Of a stretch of 64,000 nt of DNA, positions 28,270 through 38,267 are shown piece after piece. This DNA is from a virus (taxonomy: Duplodnaviria > Caudoviricetes). A program made the translations under genes and the position numbers. The notes below the pieces were generated by a model. That model saw only the letters and a program-made list of their open reading frames with translations, was not told the DNA's origin and searched no databases. Location of the stretch: IMG/VR virus record IMGVR_UViG_3300013368_000005, positions 96,001-160,000 of that record, one strand, 5' to 3'. The first letter of the stretch is position 1. Every line of letters starts with the position of its first letter.

Positions 28270-29001
28270 ATGGAAATAACGAAAAAACAGAGACAAGAAG
28301 TAGAAGCTATAGTATATGAAACAATGAATATACTTGATAAGTCAGGAACTAATACAGAATATTATAAAAATAAATTTGCAAGTATGGATGATAAACAATT
28401 TTTAAAATATGTATCATTAAAATTTCCATACAGATTCCATGTTAAACCCTTTGAAGTAGAACCTACAATGGAAGATGTTTCTAAAGCATGTGACTTTTTA
28501 AATGTACCTCTATTAGAAAAAATTAAATTACCATATCTTTATACAAATAAAGATGGTGTATCGGTAAATTCTAAAGAATGTTTAGTAGGATATACACATT
28601 TAAAGAAGGTACAACAATTTGTAACTAAGAAAAACTCAATGTCTACAGACATATCCACAAGGGATATGAAGACTGGACTATTAACAGGGTTTGATAAAAA
28701 TGGTAAATCATCAGATAGGGAAATAGAATCACTTGCAGTTTTAGGATTAGAAAACACACTAGAAGAATTTTCTAAATATAAGGCAGATTATATGGGTGGA
28801 AAGAATATTATGTATAATGAAATTAATACAACTGGACAGGTATATTTAAAAGATATGCCAGTAGACCCAGATGATTCATTATCTAAAAAATTAACGAATG
28901 TGTATCTTTTAGGTGCAGGTATAAATTCCAACTTATTAAATCAAGATTATTATCTTCTTCATACATTAAATAAGAAAAATAGACAGGTTACTAGGGTATA
29001 A
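28270..29001 (+). CDS. RNA polymerase beta subunit C-terminal fragment (probably virion RNAP)
   Basis: VGYTHLKKVQQFVTKKNS...TGLLTG...GKSSDREIESL aligns to RpoB VGYMYMLKLxHLVDDKIH...TQQPLGG...GQRFGEMEVWAL; late operon. Confidence 0.7.
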   Translation: MEITKKQRQEVEAIVYETMNILDKSGTNTEYYKNKFASMDDKQFLKYVSLKFPYRFHVKPFEVEPTMEDVSKACDFLNVPLLEKIKLPYLYTNKDGVSVNSKECLVGYTHLKKVQQFVTKKNSMSTDISTRDMKTGLLTGFDKNGKSSDREIESLAVLGLENTLEEFSKYKADYMGGKNIMYNEINTTGQVYLKDMPVDPDDSLSKKLTNVYLLGAGINSNLLNQDYYLLHTLNKKNRQVTRV

Positions 29002-29020
29002 ATTTTGTAAAAAATACTAT

Positions 29021-29082
29021 AATTATATATTATAATACTGTAATAACAAATTAAATATTATAATTATACTAACAGACAATTA
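29021..29082 (+). promoter_or_regulatory. Tandem early (29021-29034) and late (29071-29082) promoters of the tubulin operon
   Basis: AATTATATATTATA and AACAgacaatTA. Confidence 0.7.
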
Positions 29083-29100
29083 AAAGGAGTTGATTAAATA

Positions 29101-29223
29101 ATGTCTGAAAAAAAAGAATATGGAGTGATAAATGAAATTGCATATTTAGGCAATGAATTTATACCAATGTCAGATGAAGATCAAAAGAAATTAAAGAAAC
29201 AAAAAGGAGATAAAGAGGAGTAA
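29101..29223 (+). CDS. 40-aa peptide (MSEKKEYGVINEIAYLGNEFIPMSDEDQKKLKKQKGDKEE)
   Basis: Manual translation. AAGGAG RBS, tandem early and late promoters upstream, hairpin over the stop. Confidence 0.7.
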   Translation: MSEKKEYGVINEIAYLGNEFIPMSDEDQKKLKKQKGDKEE

Positions 29224-29270
29224 AATCCTCTTTATCATCTCAATAATTATCTTAAAGGGGGAAAATAATA

Positions 29271-30044
29271 ATGAAAAACTTAAATAAAAAATTATTATTA
29301 ATAGTGTCGATAATGATGGTATTATTCGGAGGATACATATACCATTATGAAACAAAACTAGCAACTCAAAGAGAAGGATATTTAAAAGAAATACAAGCTT
29401 TAGAAGTTAAAGCTGAATTAGCAGAAAATGATGCAGCTGCATATAAATTTTTATATGCTCAATCAGATAAAGATATAAATAAAGAACAAGAGAAGACACA
29501 AGCGGTTGTAGCTGAATTAAATTCACTTAAAGAAGAAATTGCTTATTCTAAAGAAATAGAATATCAAAGAGCATCTCGTGGTGCTATGGATATGACACCT
29601 TTAACAGAATATGCAATACTGTCAGTGCAAGAAATGAATGAATGGATTGCTAGTCAAGCACCATCAAATAGCCCATTCATAGGAGAGGGTGAAGCTTTCT
29701 TAATAGCATCACAAGAATCAGGATTGAGTCCAAAATATATATTAGCTCATGCAGCTTTAGAATCTGAATGGGGTAATTCAGAAATATGTAGACTAAAGAA
29801 TAATTTCTTTGGTATAAATGCCACAAATATAAACCCAACAGAAAACGCAAAAGAATTTGATTCGTTTACTAGTGGAATAGTAGAAGGAGCTAAATGGATA
29901 GCTAGAAATTATACTAATAAAGGACAAGATACATTACAGTCTATGATATTCGGTTCTAAGGCATATGCACAATATGACGATGGAAGTCCAAATGATTCAT
30001 GGATTGGTAAAGTTGAATCAATAATGTCACATATTAATAAATAA
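29271..30044 (+). CDS. Membrane-anchored peptidoglycan hydrolase (GH73 glucosaminidase)
   Basis: N-terminal TM helix, coiled coil, HAALESEWG, NNFFGINA and YA motifs. Confidence 0.85.
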   Translation: MKNLNKKLLLIVSIMMVLFGGYIYHYETKLATQREGYLKEIQALEVKAELAENDAAAYKFLYAQSDKDINKEQEKTQAVVAELNSLKEEIAYSKEIEYQRASRGAMDMTPLTEYAILSVQEMNEWIASQAPSNSPFIGEGEAFLIASQESGLSPKYILAHAALESEWGNSEICRLKNNFFGINATNINPTENAKEFDSFTSGIVEGAKWIARNYTNKGQDTLQSMIFGSKAYAQYDDGSPNDSWIGKVESIMSHINK

Positions 30045-30073
30045 TAAATATTAGATTTTAAGGAGGAAATAAA

Positions 30074-31279
30074 ATGAAAATTAAAATTATAGGAACAGGT
30101 GCATGTGGAAATAAAGCCACTATAGACGTGTTAAAAGAAGATGTTCTATCAAACGAAGATGTACTATTATTAAATAGCACTTTAAGAGACATACCAGAAC
30201 CTTATAGAAAAGAAGCAATACTGTTTGAAGATTCACCTGGAGGCTGTGGCAAAGAAACGGCAATAGGTGCCGAATTGGCTTATAATTCTCTTAAAGGAGA
30301 AATAGGAGAAAGAATAGAAAAATTGGTAGATGAAAGTACAGATCTTGTTGTCGTAACAGCTTCGTCAGGAGGAGGTACTGGAGCAGGAAGCTTACCTGAG
30401 ATAGCTGGATATTGCACACAAGTAATTGGAGTTCCCGTATTATGTTTTATATTTACAGGATTCGAAGATGATGGAAGAGAACTTCAAAATACTATTGAAT
30501 TATTCCAAAAATTAAATGAAAATTATACAATTCAGGCTATATCTAATAAGAAATTCTTATTAGGAACAAATAATAGATTAAAAGCAGAGAAACTTGCAAA
30601 TGATGAATTTGTTAGAAGAATAAGAATTCTTACTGGAATAGATATAGTAGATTCAGAAAGGAATATGGATGAATTTGATTTATTCAAATCATCTACTACA
30701 CCAGGCTTCATGACAATGGGGTATATTGATCTTCCAAAATTAAAAAATGAAGATCAATTTAACAAAGCTTTAATTTCAGTTATTGATAATGATAAATCAT
30801 TAGATACTGAAAAATCAGCAAAAAGATTGGGAGTGATAATAAATTTAAACGAGGAATCACAAGAATTTATAGATTATAGCTTTAGTGCTATAAAAGAAAG
30901 ACTTGGGCATCCTTATGAAATATTTACTCATATTCAATATGATTCTGAACAACCAGAATATGTATCATTTATAGCCTCAGGTATGAAAATGCCTATGGAT
31001 GAATTAAATGCTATATATAATAAATATAAACAAGAATCAAATAAAGTAAACAAAGGAAAAGATGATTTCTTCGAATATGCAGCCAAATTAAGAGGTAACG
31101 ATGAGGATGCTATCTTTGATAGTCCAATAAAAAGAGGAAGGAGGAATACAAGTAATAAAGACGATTTCTTTAGTTCTTTTTCAAAGAATAATAAAAAATC
31201 ACCTTCTGTAAAAGAAGATAAAGTATCAAATAATATTAATAATAACGTTACTACAAAATCAAAACTTAGTAAGTATTAG
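30074..31279 (+). CDS. Tubulin/FtsZ-family GTPase (TubZ/PhuZ-like)
   Basis: IGTGACG, GGCGK, signature GGGTGAG, T7 loop NMDEFD, charged disordered C-terminal tail. Confidence 0.9.
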   Translation: MKIKIIGTGACGNKATIDVLKEDVLSNEDVLLLNSTLRDIPEPYRKEAILFEDSPGGCGKETAIGAELAYNSLKGEIGERIEKLVDESTDLVVVTASSGGGTGAGSLPEIAGYCTQVIGVPVLCFIFTGFEDDGRELQNTIELFQKLNENYTIQAISNKKFLLGTNNRLKAEKLANDEFVRRIRILTGIDIVDSERNMDEFDLFKSSTTPGFMTMGYIDLPKLKNEDQFNKALISVIDNDKSLDTEKSAKRLGVIINLNEESQEFIDYSFSAIKERLGHPYEIFTHIQYDSEQPEYVSFIASGMKMPMDELNAIYNKYKQESNKVNKGKDDFFEYAAKLRGNDEDAIFDSPIKRGRRNTSNKDDFFSSFSKNNKKSPSVKEDKVSNNINNNVTTKSKLSKY

Positions 31280-31292
31280 GAGGTAGTAAAAT

Positions 31293-32171
31293 ATGTTTGA
31301 AGAATTAGAGAGTAAATTACAACAAGAAAAACCATTACAACAAATACCAATAAATGGAGTTTTAGATTCTCCTTTATTCAATCCAGATGGATATAGAGAA
31401 AAACTAAAACACATAGATGAAATGACTGATAGAGAGTTATATAACTTGCTTAAAGATAATCATGTGACTATTCTAAGTGATTTATTTATGAATAATAATA
31501 TGATGTATTTATCATTAATCACAAATAGTAAGTTTCTAACTGCAATGATACAGGTCATGGGAAGTATACCTGATATATCTCACGATATAACCGTATTTTG
31601 TAATAAACTTGCATACGATTATTTAACATTAGCAGATGTAGAAAAAGACTCATATATAAAACAACTTTTATTTGCATTATCAAAAACGGTAAATAAAAGA
31701 GTTATACCTTCATTATTAGGTATAGGTATTCCAGAAGATTTAGCTTCATATTTAGCATTAGCTAGATATTCTTCTCAGAAAGAAATGGTTAATGTGAAAA
31801 GATTAAATTTAGTAATAATGAATTCATCACAAGAACTAATGACAGAACAAAGAATTGTGTGGATTTATGAAAAATTATTTAACAAAATCACAATGTTATT
31901 TGAAGCAACAATGTTTGATGTATATAAACAAGAAGAGTTAACTGAAAGTATGGATATAATATATTCAACTATCGGGTTAGCTGTAATAGATATATTAAAT
32001 GGAATGCCTATGGCAGATATAAGAAAGGTGCTTATATCATATGCTGGAGATTATAATGCATTATATATAAACTCAGGTGTTAAATTTTCTATAAAGTCTT
32101 TATCAGGTGAATATCAAAGGATTTTAGATGTTGTTGAATTGCTTAAAGAAGAACAAATCTATGTTCCTTAA
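31293..32171 (+). CDS. Hypothetical protein co-transcribed with tubulin
   Basis: AGGAGG RBS overlapping the tubulin stop; terminator follows. Confidence 0.85.
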   Translation: MFEELESKLQQEKPLQQIPINGVLDSPLFNPDGYREKLKHIDEMTDRELYNLLKDNHVTILSDLFMNNNMMYLSLITNSKFLTAMIQVMGSIPDISHDITVFCNKLAYDYLTLADVEKDSYIKQLLFALSKTVNKRVIPSLLGIGIPEDLASYLALARYSSQKEMVNVKRLNLVIMNSSQELMTEQRIVWIYEKLFNKITMLFEATMFDVYKQEELTESMDIIYSTIGLAVIDILNGMPMADIRKVLISYAGDYNALYINSGVKFSIKSLSGEYQRILDVVELLKEEQIYVP

Positions 32172-32183
32172 GGATTAAATATG

Positions 32184-32216
32184 AGAGATACGAGTTTTCG
32201 TATCTCTTTATTTTTT
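32184..32216 (+). terminator. Terminator of the tubulin operon
   Basis: AGAGATACGA-gttt-TCGTATCTCT followed by a T-tract. Confidence 0.75.
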
Positions 32217-32227
32217 ATTACATAATT

Positions 32228-32239
32228 AACTTATTAATA
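32228..32239 (+). promoter_or_regulatory. Late-type promoter variant of recA
   Basis: AACTtattaaTA. Confidence 0.55.
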
Positions 32240-32267
32240 AGGAAAATGTTGAGAAGGAGTGTTATGA

Positions 32268-33509
32268 ATGAGTTTATTAGCATCTAATTTTAGAGAAAAA
32301 GTATCTAAGTTAAAAGATTATAAAATGAAAGTAGAAACTGAATTTCCAGTTGGATATTCAACTGGTTTTTTAAGCTTTGACTTTATGAATGGATCAGTTG
32401 TACATGCTCAAAAAGAAGGCGAACCAATTAAATATTATTCAGTTGGAATTACTGATGGGTCTATGGTTATGGTTATAGGTAGAGCAGGATGTGGTAAAAC
32501 AACATATTGTATTCAAGCAGCAGCTAATATTATAAGACCATATGAAACATCATGTATATTTCATGATGATATAGAAGGTGGTATTACCGAAAATAGAAAA
32601 GAATTACTTACAGGGTTTTTCGGAGATGAACTTACAAAAAGATATATCGCTAGAAATACAGGTATAACAGCAGAAAATTTCTATGAAAGAGTTAAAATGG
32701 TTAACGACATGAAGCAAGAAGATAGAGAATCATATTCTTATGATACAGGTCTTTATGATTATGTCGGAAATAAGATATTTAAATTAGAACCTACTGTATA
32801 TATTATGGATTCATTAGCACTGTTAACTCCAGAAAAATATGCAGAAGAGGATGAACTTTCAGGTCAAATGTCAACTACAGCAACCGCTAAAGCAAATGCA
32901 ATGATATTTAGAAGAATGATACCTTTATTAAAATCTTCTAATATAATATTATTTGTAATTAATCATATAAATCAAAAAGTGGAACTTAATATGTTCTCTA
33001 AGACAAAAGCTCAGGTAAACTACTTAAAGGCAGGAGAAACACTTCCAGGTGGAAACACACCTATATATCTTTCAAACTTAATGCTTAGATTTGATGATAA
33101 TACTAAGTTTAAAGAAGGAGAAGGATTTGGAATACCAGGAAATATGGTTGATATATCTTTAGTTAAATCAAGATCAGCAAGAGCAGGTAAATCTTGTACA
33201 TTAGTATTTAACCCTGAAACAGGATACGATATAGAGTTATCATTATTAGTATTATTGAAAGATAATGGTAAAATTAATGGGGCAGGTATAGGTCTATACG
33301 TCGGAGATAGGAATGATTTAAAATTCTCTCAAAAGAAATTTAAAGAAAAGCTATTGAATAATGAAGAATTTAGAAATGTTGTTATGGAGGAAGTTATGAA
33401 TGTATTAGTTTCTATGGTAGAAGAACACGATATACAAGAAGAGCAACAGCAAATATCTTCTAATATTACAACTAATATACTTAATAAGTTAAATGGTATA
33501 GCAGCTTAA
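32268..33509 (+). CDS. recA: RecA/UvsX recombinase
   Basis: YSTGFLSFD, Walker A GRAGCGKTT, DIEGG, IMDSLA, VINHI, PGG, VKSR. Confidence 0.9.
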   Translation: MSLLASNFREKVSKLKDYKMKVETEFPVGYSTGFLSFDFMNGSVVHAQKEGEPIKYYSVGITDGSMVMVIGRAGCGKTTYCIQAAANIIRPYETSCIFHDDIEGGITENRKELLTGFFGDELTKRYIARNTGITAENFYERVKMVNDMKQEDRESYSYDTGLYDYVGNKIFKLEPTVYIMDSLALLTPEKYAEEDELSGQMSTTATAKANAMIFRRMIPLLKSSNIILFVINHINQKVELNMFSKTKAQVNYLKAGETLPGGNTPIYLSNLMLRFDDNTKFKEGEGFGIPGNMVDISLVKSRSARAGKSCTLVFNPETGYDIELSLLVLLKDNGKINGAGIGLYVGDRNDLKFSQKKFKEKLLNNEEFRNVVMEEVMNVLVSMVEEHDIQEEQQQISSNITTNILNKLNGIAA

Positions 33510-33519
33510 TATTAGTTAT

Positions 33520-33533
33520 AAATATATATTATA
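33520..33533 (+). promoter_or_regulatory. Early-type promoter of the RNAP beta-C/ligase operon
   Basis: AAATATATATTATA. Confidence 0.7.
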
Positions 33534-33588
33534 TATATGTAGTAGAAAATCTCTACTACATATATCTTTGTTTAGGGAGGAGAAAGGT

Positions 33589-35817
33589 ATGTCTAATAAT
33601 ATAACTTTTGCAGAGGATGTTTCAAAAGCCTCTGATCGTATTGACAACTTAGAACAATGTTTAGCTAAAGGACTATTTATGCCTTTTAACAGTTCTACCT
33701 CTGGGTCTAGAAACTTGCTATTCTCGACACAGTTAGAACACAAATTACCTCTAATGAGAGGTGAAGTACCATTATTAGGAACAGGATATGAACCATTATT
33801 TGGTGAATATTCATCATCGTTTATTAGAACAGATTCCGAATATGATGTCATAGAAAGGGTAGAAAAATTTGGTCAAATTCCAGGTCATCACTATTATTTA
33901 ATAGTGTTTAATAAAAAGAAACAAGAGTTTGATATGATAGAAAGAAAATCATATGAACACATTACCGAATCGTATGGATATCTATACGATAATACAAATA
34001 TAGATAAATATAAATCAGGTTCATCAATATATGAAGGTGAAGTAATTAGAAAGAGTACTAGTTTTGATGAATTCAATAACAGAAAGGATGGAGTGAATCT
34101 TAATACTGGATATATAAGTTGTGAAAAGACCAAAGAAGACGGTATAATTATATGTGAGAGTGCAAGAAGAAAATTAGCATCTCCACTTATAAGAAAAATA
34201 AAAATTATACAAAATGATAATGACCTTCCTTTGAATATATATGGAAACGATGAACTATATAAATCATTTCCAGATATAGGTGAAGAAACATCTAATAAAA
34301 TATTATGTGCATTAAGAAGGGAAAAGAAAGAAGAATCTTTATTTTCCTTATCATGTACAAGATTGAAAAATATAATGATGTCAGATGAAAGATTTATAGC
34401 TGAGGGAAAGGTTATAGATATAAATGTATTTTGTAATAATCCTGATAATTTAAATTCAGTATATACATCGCAAATAAAATATTATTATGATCAACAACAA
34501 GTATTCTTAGAAACTTTTGTAAATGCTACAAAGGAAATTGTAGGTAAATATAAATGTAGCTATGCTTTACAAAAGATGCATTATAATTGTAAAAAGATTT
34601 TGGAAGGCGGGCAATATATCCAAGATAAGCCTTTTAGTAATAATGTAATAGAAATAACTTTATTAGAGGAAAGTTTAGTAAATGTAGGGGATAAAATATC
34701 TAATAGATATGGAGGTAAAGGAGTTGTATCTTGTATACTTCCAGATCATTTAATGCCTAGAATGGATAATGGACAATATATCGAATTGATATATAATTCA
34801 TCTACATGTGTAAATAGAGGAAACCCAGGACAATTATATGAAACTTCTATAAATCATATAGGAGGAAGAATAGTAGATTTTGTATCAACTGGTACTTTAG
34901 AATTTGCAGATCAAGTTGAAATGTATCTAGGATTCTTACGTCATCTATCTCCAGATTTATCTGCACATATTGAGAACTCCATGCTACAATGGAGTGTAGA
35001 AGATCAACGTGTATTTATGGAAGGCGTATTTACTGAAGAAGGTATAGCTGTATCGATGAAACCTATATCTGAAGCTATAGACATAGATAAATTAAGATCA
35101 ATATATAAAGAATTTTCTTTTGCTATGCAAAATAAAATTATTATACCACAAAAAGATTCTATGGGAAATATAAGATATATTCCAGCAAGAAGAGCTATAA
35201 CTTGTGGTAAACAATATATTTATAGATTAAAACAATATGCAGAAGAGAAATTCTCAGCAGTTTCTCTATCAGCTACAAATATTAAAAATGAGAATACGAG
35301 AAATGCATCTAAGAAAAATTATAAATCTGCTTATTCTAAAACACCAATAAGATTCGGTGAAATGGAACAAGGAGATTTTGGTCACTTAGGAATGGAGGTA
35401 GTTATTGTTAATCTAATGCTTCATTCTACATCACCACATGGTAGAAGATTGGCAGAAGAATTATTAACAGGAGATCCATTTAGTGTTGATATTAAACTTG
35501 ATGAAGATTCTAAAAATAGATCTGTTGAAGTTAATAATGCTTTTTTAACAACAATGGGGTTAGAATTAGAATTTGTTAAAGTAAGGAAGGTACAACAAAG
35601 ACTTATACAAAAATCATTGGTTACTTTTAAACAACCAACTTCTAATAAGTTAGTACAAGGCGTATGGTTTCCTAAGGAATGGGAAAGATTAGACCCTGTT
35701 GAATTTATAGATGGGTTTAAACATAAAGATACAAGAAAATTCTTGGCATTAAAGTCTATGGTAACATTTGGTAAAAAACTAGATGAGGAGACTGGTATGT
35801 ATAAGAAGGAGGATTAA
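33589..35817 (+). CDS. Multisubunit RNA polymerase beta subunit, C-terminal half (non-virion RNAP type)
   Basis: EDGIII, VGDKISNRYGGKGVVS, NRGNPGQLYE, YRLKQ, PIRFGEME; early promoter. Confidence 0.92.
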   Translation: MSNNITFAEDVSKASDRIDNLEQCLAKGLFMPFNSSTSGSRNLLFSTQLEHKLPLMRGEVPLLGTGYEPLFGEYSSSFIRTDSEYDVIERVEKFGQIPGHHYYLIVFNKKKQEFDMIERKSYEHITESYGYLYDNTNIDKYKSGSSIYEGEVIRKSTSFDEFNNRKDGVNLNTGYISCEKTKEDGIIICESARRKLASPLIRKIKIIQNDNDLPLNIYGNDELYKSFPDIGEETSNKILCALRREKKEESLFSLSCTRLKNIMMSDERFIAEGKVIDINVFCNNPDNLNSVYTSQIKYYYDQQQVFLETFVNATKEIVGKYKCSYALQKMHYNCKKILEGGQYIQDKPFSNNVIEITLLEESLVNVGDKISNRYGGKGVVSCILPDHLMPRMDNGQYIELIYNSSTCVNRGNPGQLYETSINHIGGRIVDFVSTGTLEFADQVEMYLGFLRHLSPDLSAHIENSMLQWSVEDQRVFMEGVFTEEGIAVSMKPISEAIDIDKLRSIYKEFSFAMQNKIIIPQKDSMGNIRYIPARRAITCGKQYIYRLKQYAEEKFSAVSLSATNIKNENTRNASKKNYKSAYSKTPIRFGEMEQGDFGHLGMEVVIVNLMLHSTSPHGRRLAEELLTGDPFSVDIKLDEDSKNRSVEVNNAFLTTMGLELEFVKVRKVQQRLIQKSLVTFKQPTSNKLVQGVWFPKEWERLDPVEFIDGFKHKDTRKFLALKSMVTFGKKLDEETGMYKKED

Positions 35818-35821
35818 TTTT

Positions 35822-38131
35822 ATGAATAGTTTAGAGACTTTATGTTATATCGTAGATAATTTACTTAAAAGTAATCTACAAGTGTTAACTGAAGAAAATA
35901 TTAAACTAATAAATGAAATAACTGGTGCTGTGTTAAAGTTAACACAGCATTCAGATTATGATATTCAATGTATGGATAAGATATTATTCTTATCGAATAT
36001 ACTATGGGAAAATACGGATAGAAATAAATTGCCTTTAGATGATGGCATATATGATTTATTAATAGAATTATATAGAAAATATAATCCTAATTTTCAAGTT
36101 GGAGCACCATCTATACAGTTTATAAATACAAATGGCTTAGATGGAGAAAAATTTGAAATGCAACCATTAGTAAGGTTTATAGAACAAGATAAACTAGAAG
36201 ATATGTTATTTGCAAATCAAATAGTTCCTGCAACTAAATATACTAAATTAGATATACTACAACCAATGATTTCATTCGCAGATACTAATTATATATCTAA
36301 ACGTATAGTAAATCAAAAACAATTGAATCCAAAATTGGTTGGAACTTTAGATAAGTGTAAATTCGTTTTAAATGCTCAAGCAATAGATAAAGGGGTATTT
36401 AATGATTCTAATGTCAAAGTTCTTGAAAGAGATTTCTTTCAAAAACATATACAACAAGGAATATTAGATCCTAATAGAATATTTTCAATGCTTTTAGAAC
36501 TTAAATTTGATGGTGTATCGGTTTCAGCAAAAGTATCAAATAAAGTACATCAAGCAATGACAAGAGGAGATGCGAATAATGAAGTAGCAGCAGATATAAC
36601 TCCTATTCTATATGACTATAAGTTTCCAAGAGCAACAGGAATTATTCCAGAAAATGAATGTTTTGATATGAAATTCGAAGCTATTATGACTTATTATGAT
36701 CTTTATAGATATAATATAGCTAGAGGGAAGAATTATAAAAATTGTAGAACAGCTATAATTAGCGTGTTTGGTTCATCAGATGCAGCTAAATATAGGGATT
36801 ATATTACATTAATGCCTATAACGACATCTTTAGATATTGATAGATTATCAGAAATGGAGTTCTTAGATAACTATTATCAGACTGGAGAAAGAATAAGGTA
36901 TGCAGTCATATCTGGAACTTATATAGAAATATTATTTCAGATTAAAAAATTTGTAGAAGAAGCAGAATATATGAGATCATTTATTCCATATATGTATGAT
37001 GGAATAGTTGCATCATATTTAGATGAAGATTTAATAAATACTCTTGGTAGAGAGAATTCTATTAATAAATATTCTATGGCTATTAAATTTAATCCTTTAA
37101 AGAAACAGACTATATTTAGAGGATATACGTATGAAATAGGTCAAGATGGTAGTGTAACTCCGATGATACATTATGATCCAGTAGAATTTTATGGTACAAT
37201 ACATCCTAAATCTACAGGTCATTCTTATGAGAGATTTAAAACATTAGGATTAAGAATAGGAGATATCATAGATGTTGAATATGTAAATGACGTAATGCCT
37301 TATGTAACTAAACCAATAAATACTCATAATGATAATAATCAAAATGCATTAGAAAATTTTATAACCCACTGTCCATATTGCCAATCTCAATTAGTTATAT
37401 CAGAATCTGGAAGATCTGTATATTGTAAGAATATAGAATGTTCAGGTAGGCATCTATCTAGGATAGTGGGCACATTTGATAAATTAGATATTAAAGATTT
37501 CTCTGAAGGGCAATTGAAGAAAATAAATAAATATACATTAACAGAATTACTTCAATTGAAATTAGAAGATGTAGAATTTTTGGGAGATCTTACAAGTACC
37601 AAATTTATACAATCTATGAATGAATTATATCATAGAGAGATTTATGATTTTAATCTAGTTGGTGCCTTAGGGTTTACAAGTGTAGCATCTAAAACTTGGA
37701 TGTTAATATTGAATAAAATTTCTTTACAAAAAATGATTAAATTATATTCTGAAGATGTTGATCAATTGAGAAATATAATTGTTTCAATTAAAGGTATAGG
37801 TCCTATTACAGCAGATACAATTGTTAATGAATTTGAATTCTTTATGAATGATTTAATAACTATATGTACATTTCCAAATCTCATAATCACTGAGGGAATT
37901 AAGTTAGGAAAGAAGATAAGATTTACAGGATTTAGAGATAAAGAGTTAGTAACTAAGTTAGCTTCCCTGGGATATGATATAGGTGAAGGTTCAGTAACAA
38001 AAGATACGGATATATTGTTAATTCCTGTATCAACGTATAGTAGTCCAAAAACTAAAAAGGCTGCTAGTTATGGTGTAAATATTGTTCCAATAGATGAATT
38101 TAGAGCTGATATGGAACAGTATTTAGCGTAA
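35822..38131 (+). CDS. ligA: NAD-dependent DNA ligase
   Basis: ELKFDG adenylation motif, TRGD, YDGIV, AIKF, C4 zinc finger, HhH GIGP, C-terminal BRCT. Confidence 0.93.
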   Translation: MNSLETLCYIVDNLLKSNLQVLTEENIKLINEITGAVLKLTQHSDYDIQCMDKILFLSNILWENTDRNKLPLDDGIYDLLIELYRKYNPNFQVGAPSIQFINTNGLDGEKFEMQPLVRFIEQDKLEDMLFANQIVPATKYTKLDILQPMISFADTNYISKRIVNQKQLNPKLVGTLDKCKFVLNAQAIDKGVFNDSNVKVLERDFFQKHIQQGILDPNRIFSMLLELKFDGVSVSAKVSNKVHQAMTRGDANNEVAADITPILYDYKFPRATGIIPENECFDMKFEAIMTYYDLYRYNIARGKNYKNCRTAIISVFGSSDAAKYRDYITLMPITTSLDIDRLSEMEFLDNYYQTGERIRYAVISGTYIEILFQIKKFVEEAEYMRSFIPYMYDGIVASYLDEDLINTLGRENSINKYSMAIKFNPLKKQTIFRGYTYEIGQDGSVTPMIHYDPVEFYGTIHPKSTGHSYERFKTLGLRIGDIIDVEYVNDVMPYVTKPINTHNDNNQNALENFITHCPYCQSQLVISESGRSVYCKNIECSGRHLSRIVGTFDKLDIKDFSEGQLKKINKYTLTELLQLKLEDVEFLGDLTSTKFIQSMNELYHREIYDFNLVGALGFTSVASKTWMLILNKISLQKMIKLYSEDVDQLRNIIVSIKGIGPITADTIVNEFEFFMNDLITICTFPNLIITEGIKLGKKIRFTGFRDKELVTKLASLGYDIGEGSVTKDTDILLIPVSTYSSPKTKKAASYGVNIVPIDEFRADMEQYLA

Positions 38132-38206
38132 ATGGTTAAATTAAATTTTACAAATGAGTAAACTTAATAATAAGAAATAAAAGTTTACTCATGTAAAATT
38201 CTTTAT

Positions 38207-38220
38207 AATTATATATTATA
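38207..38220 (+). promoter_or_regulatory. Early-type phage promoter
   Basis: AATTATATATTATA. Confidence 0.75.
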
Positions 38221-38267
38221 AAGATGTAATAAATAAAAACTTTTTAATTTAAGGGAGGATGTTTTTA

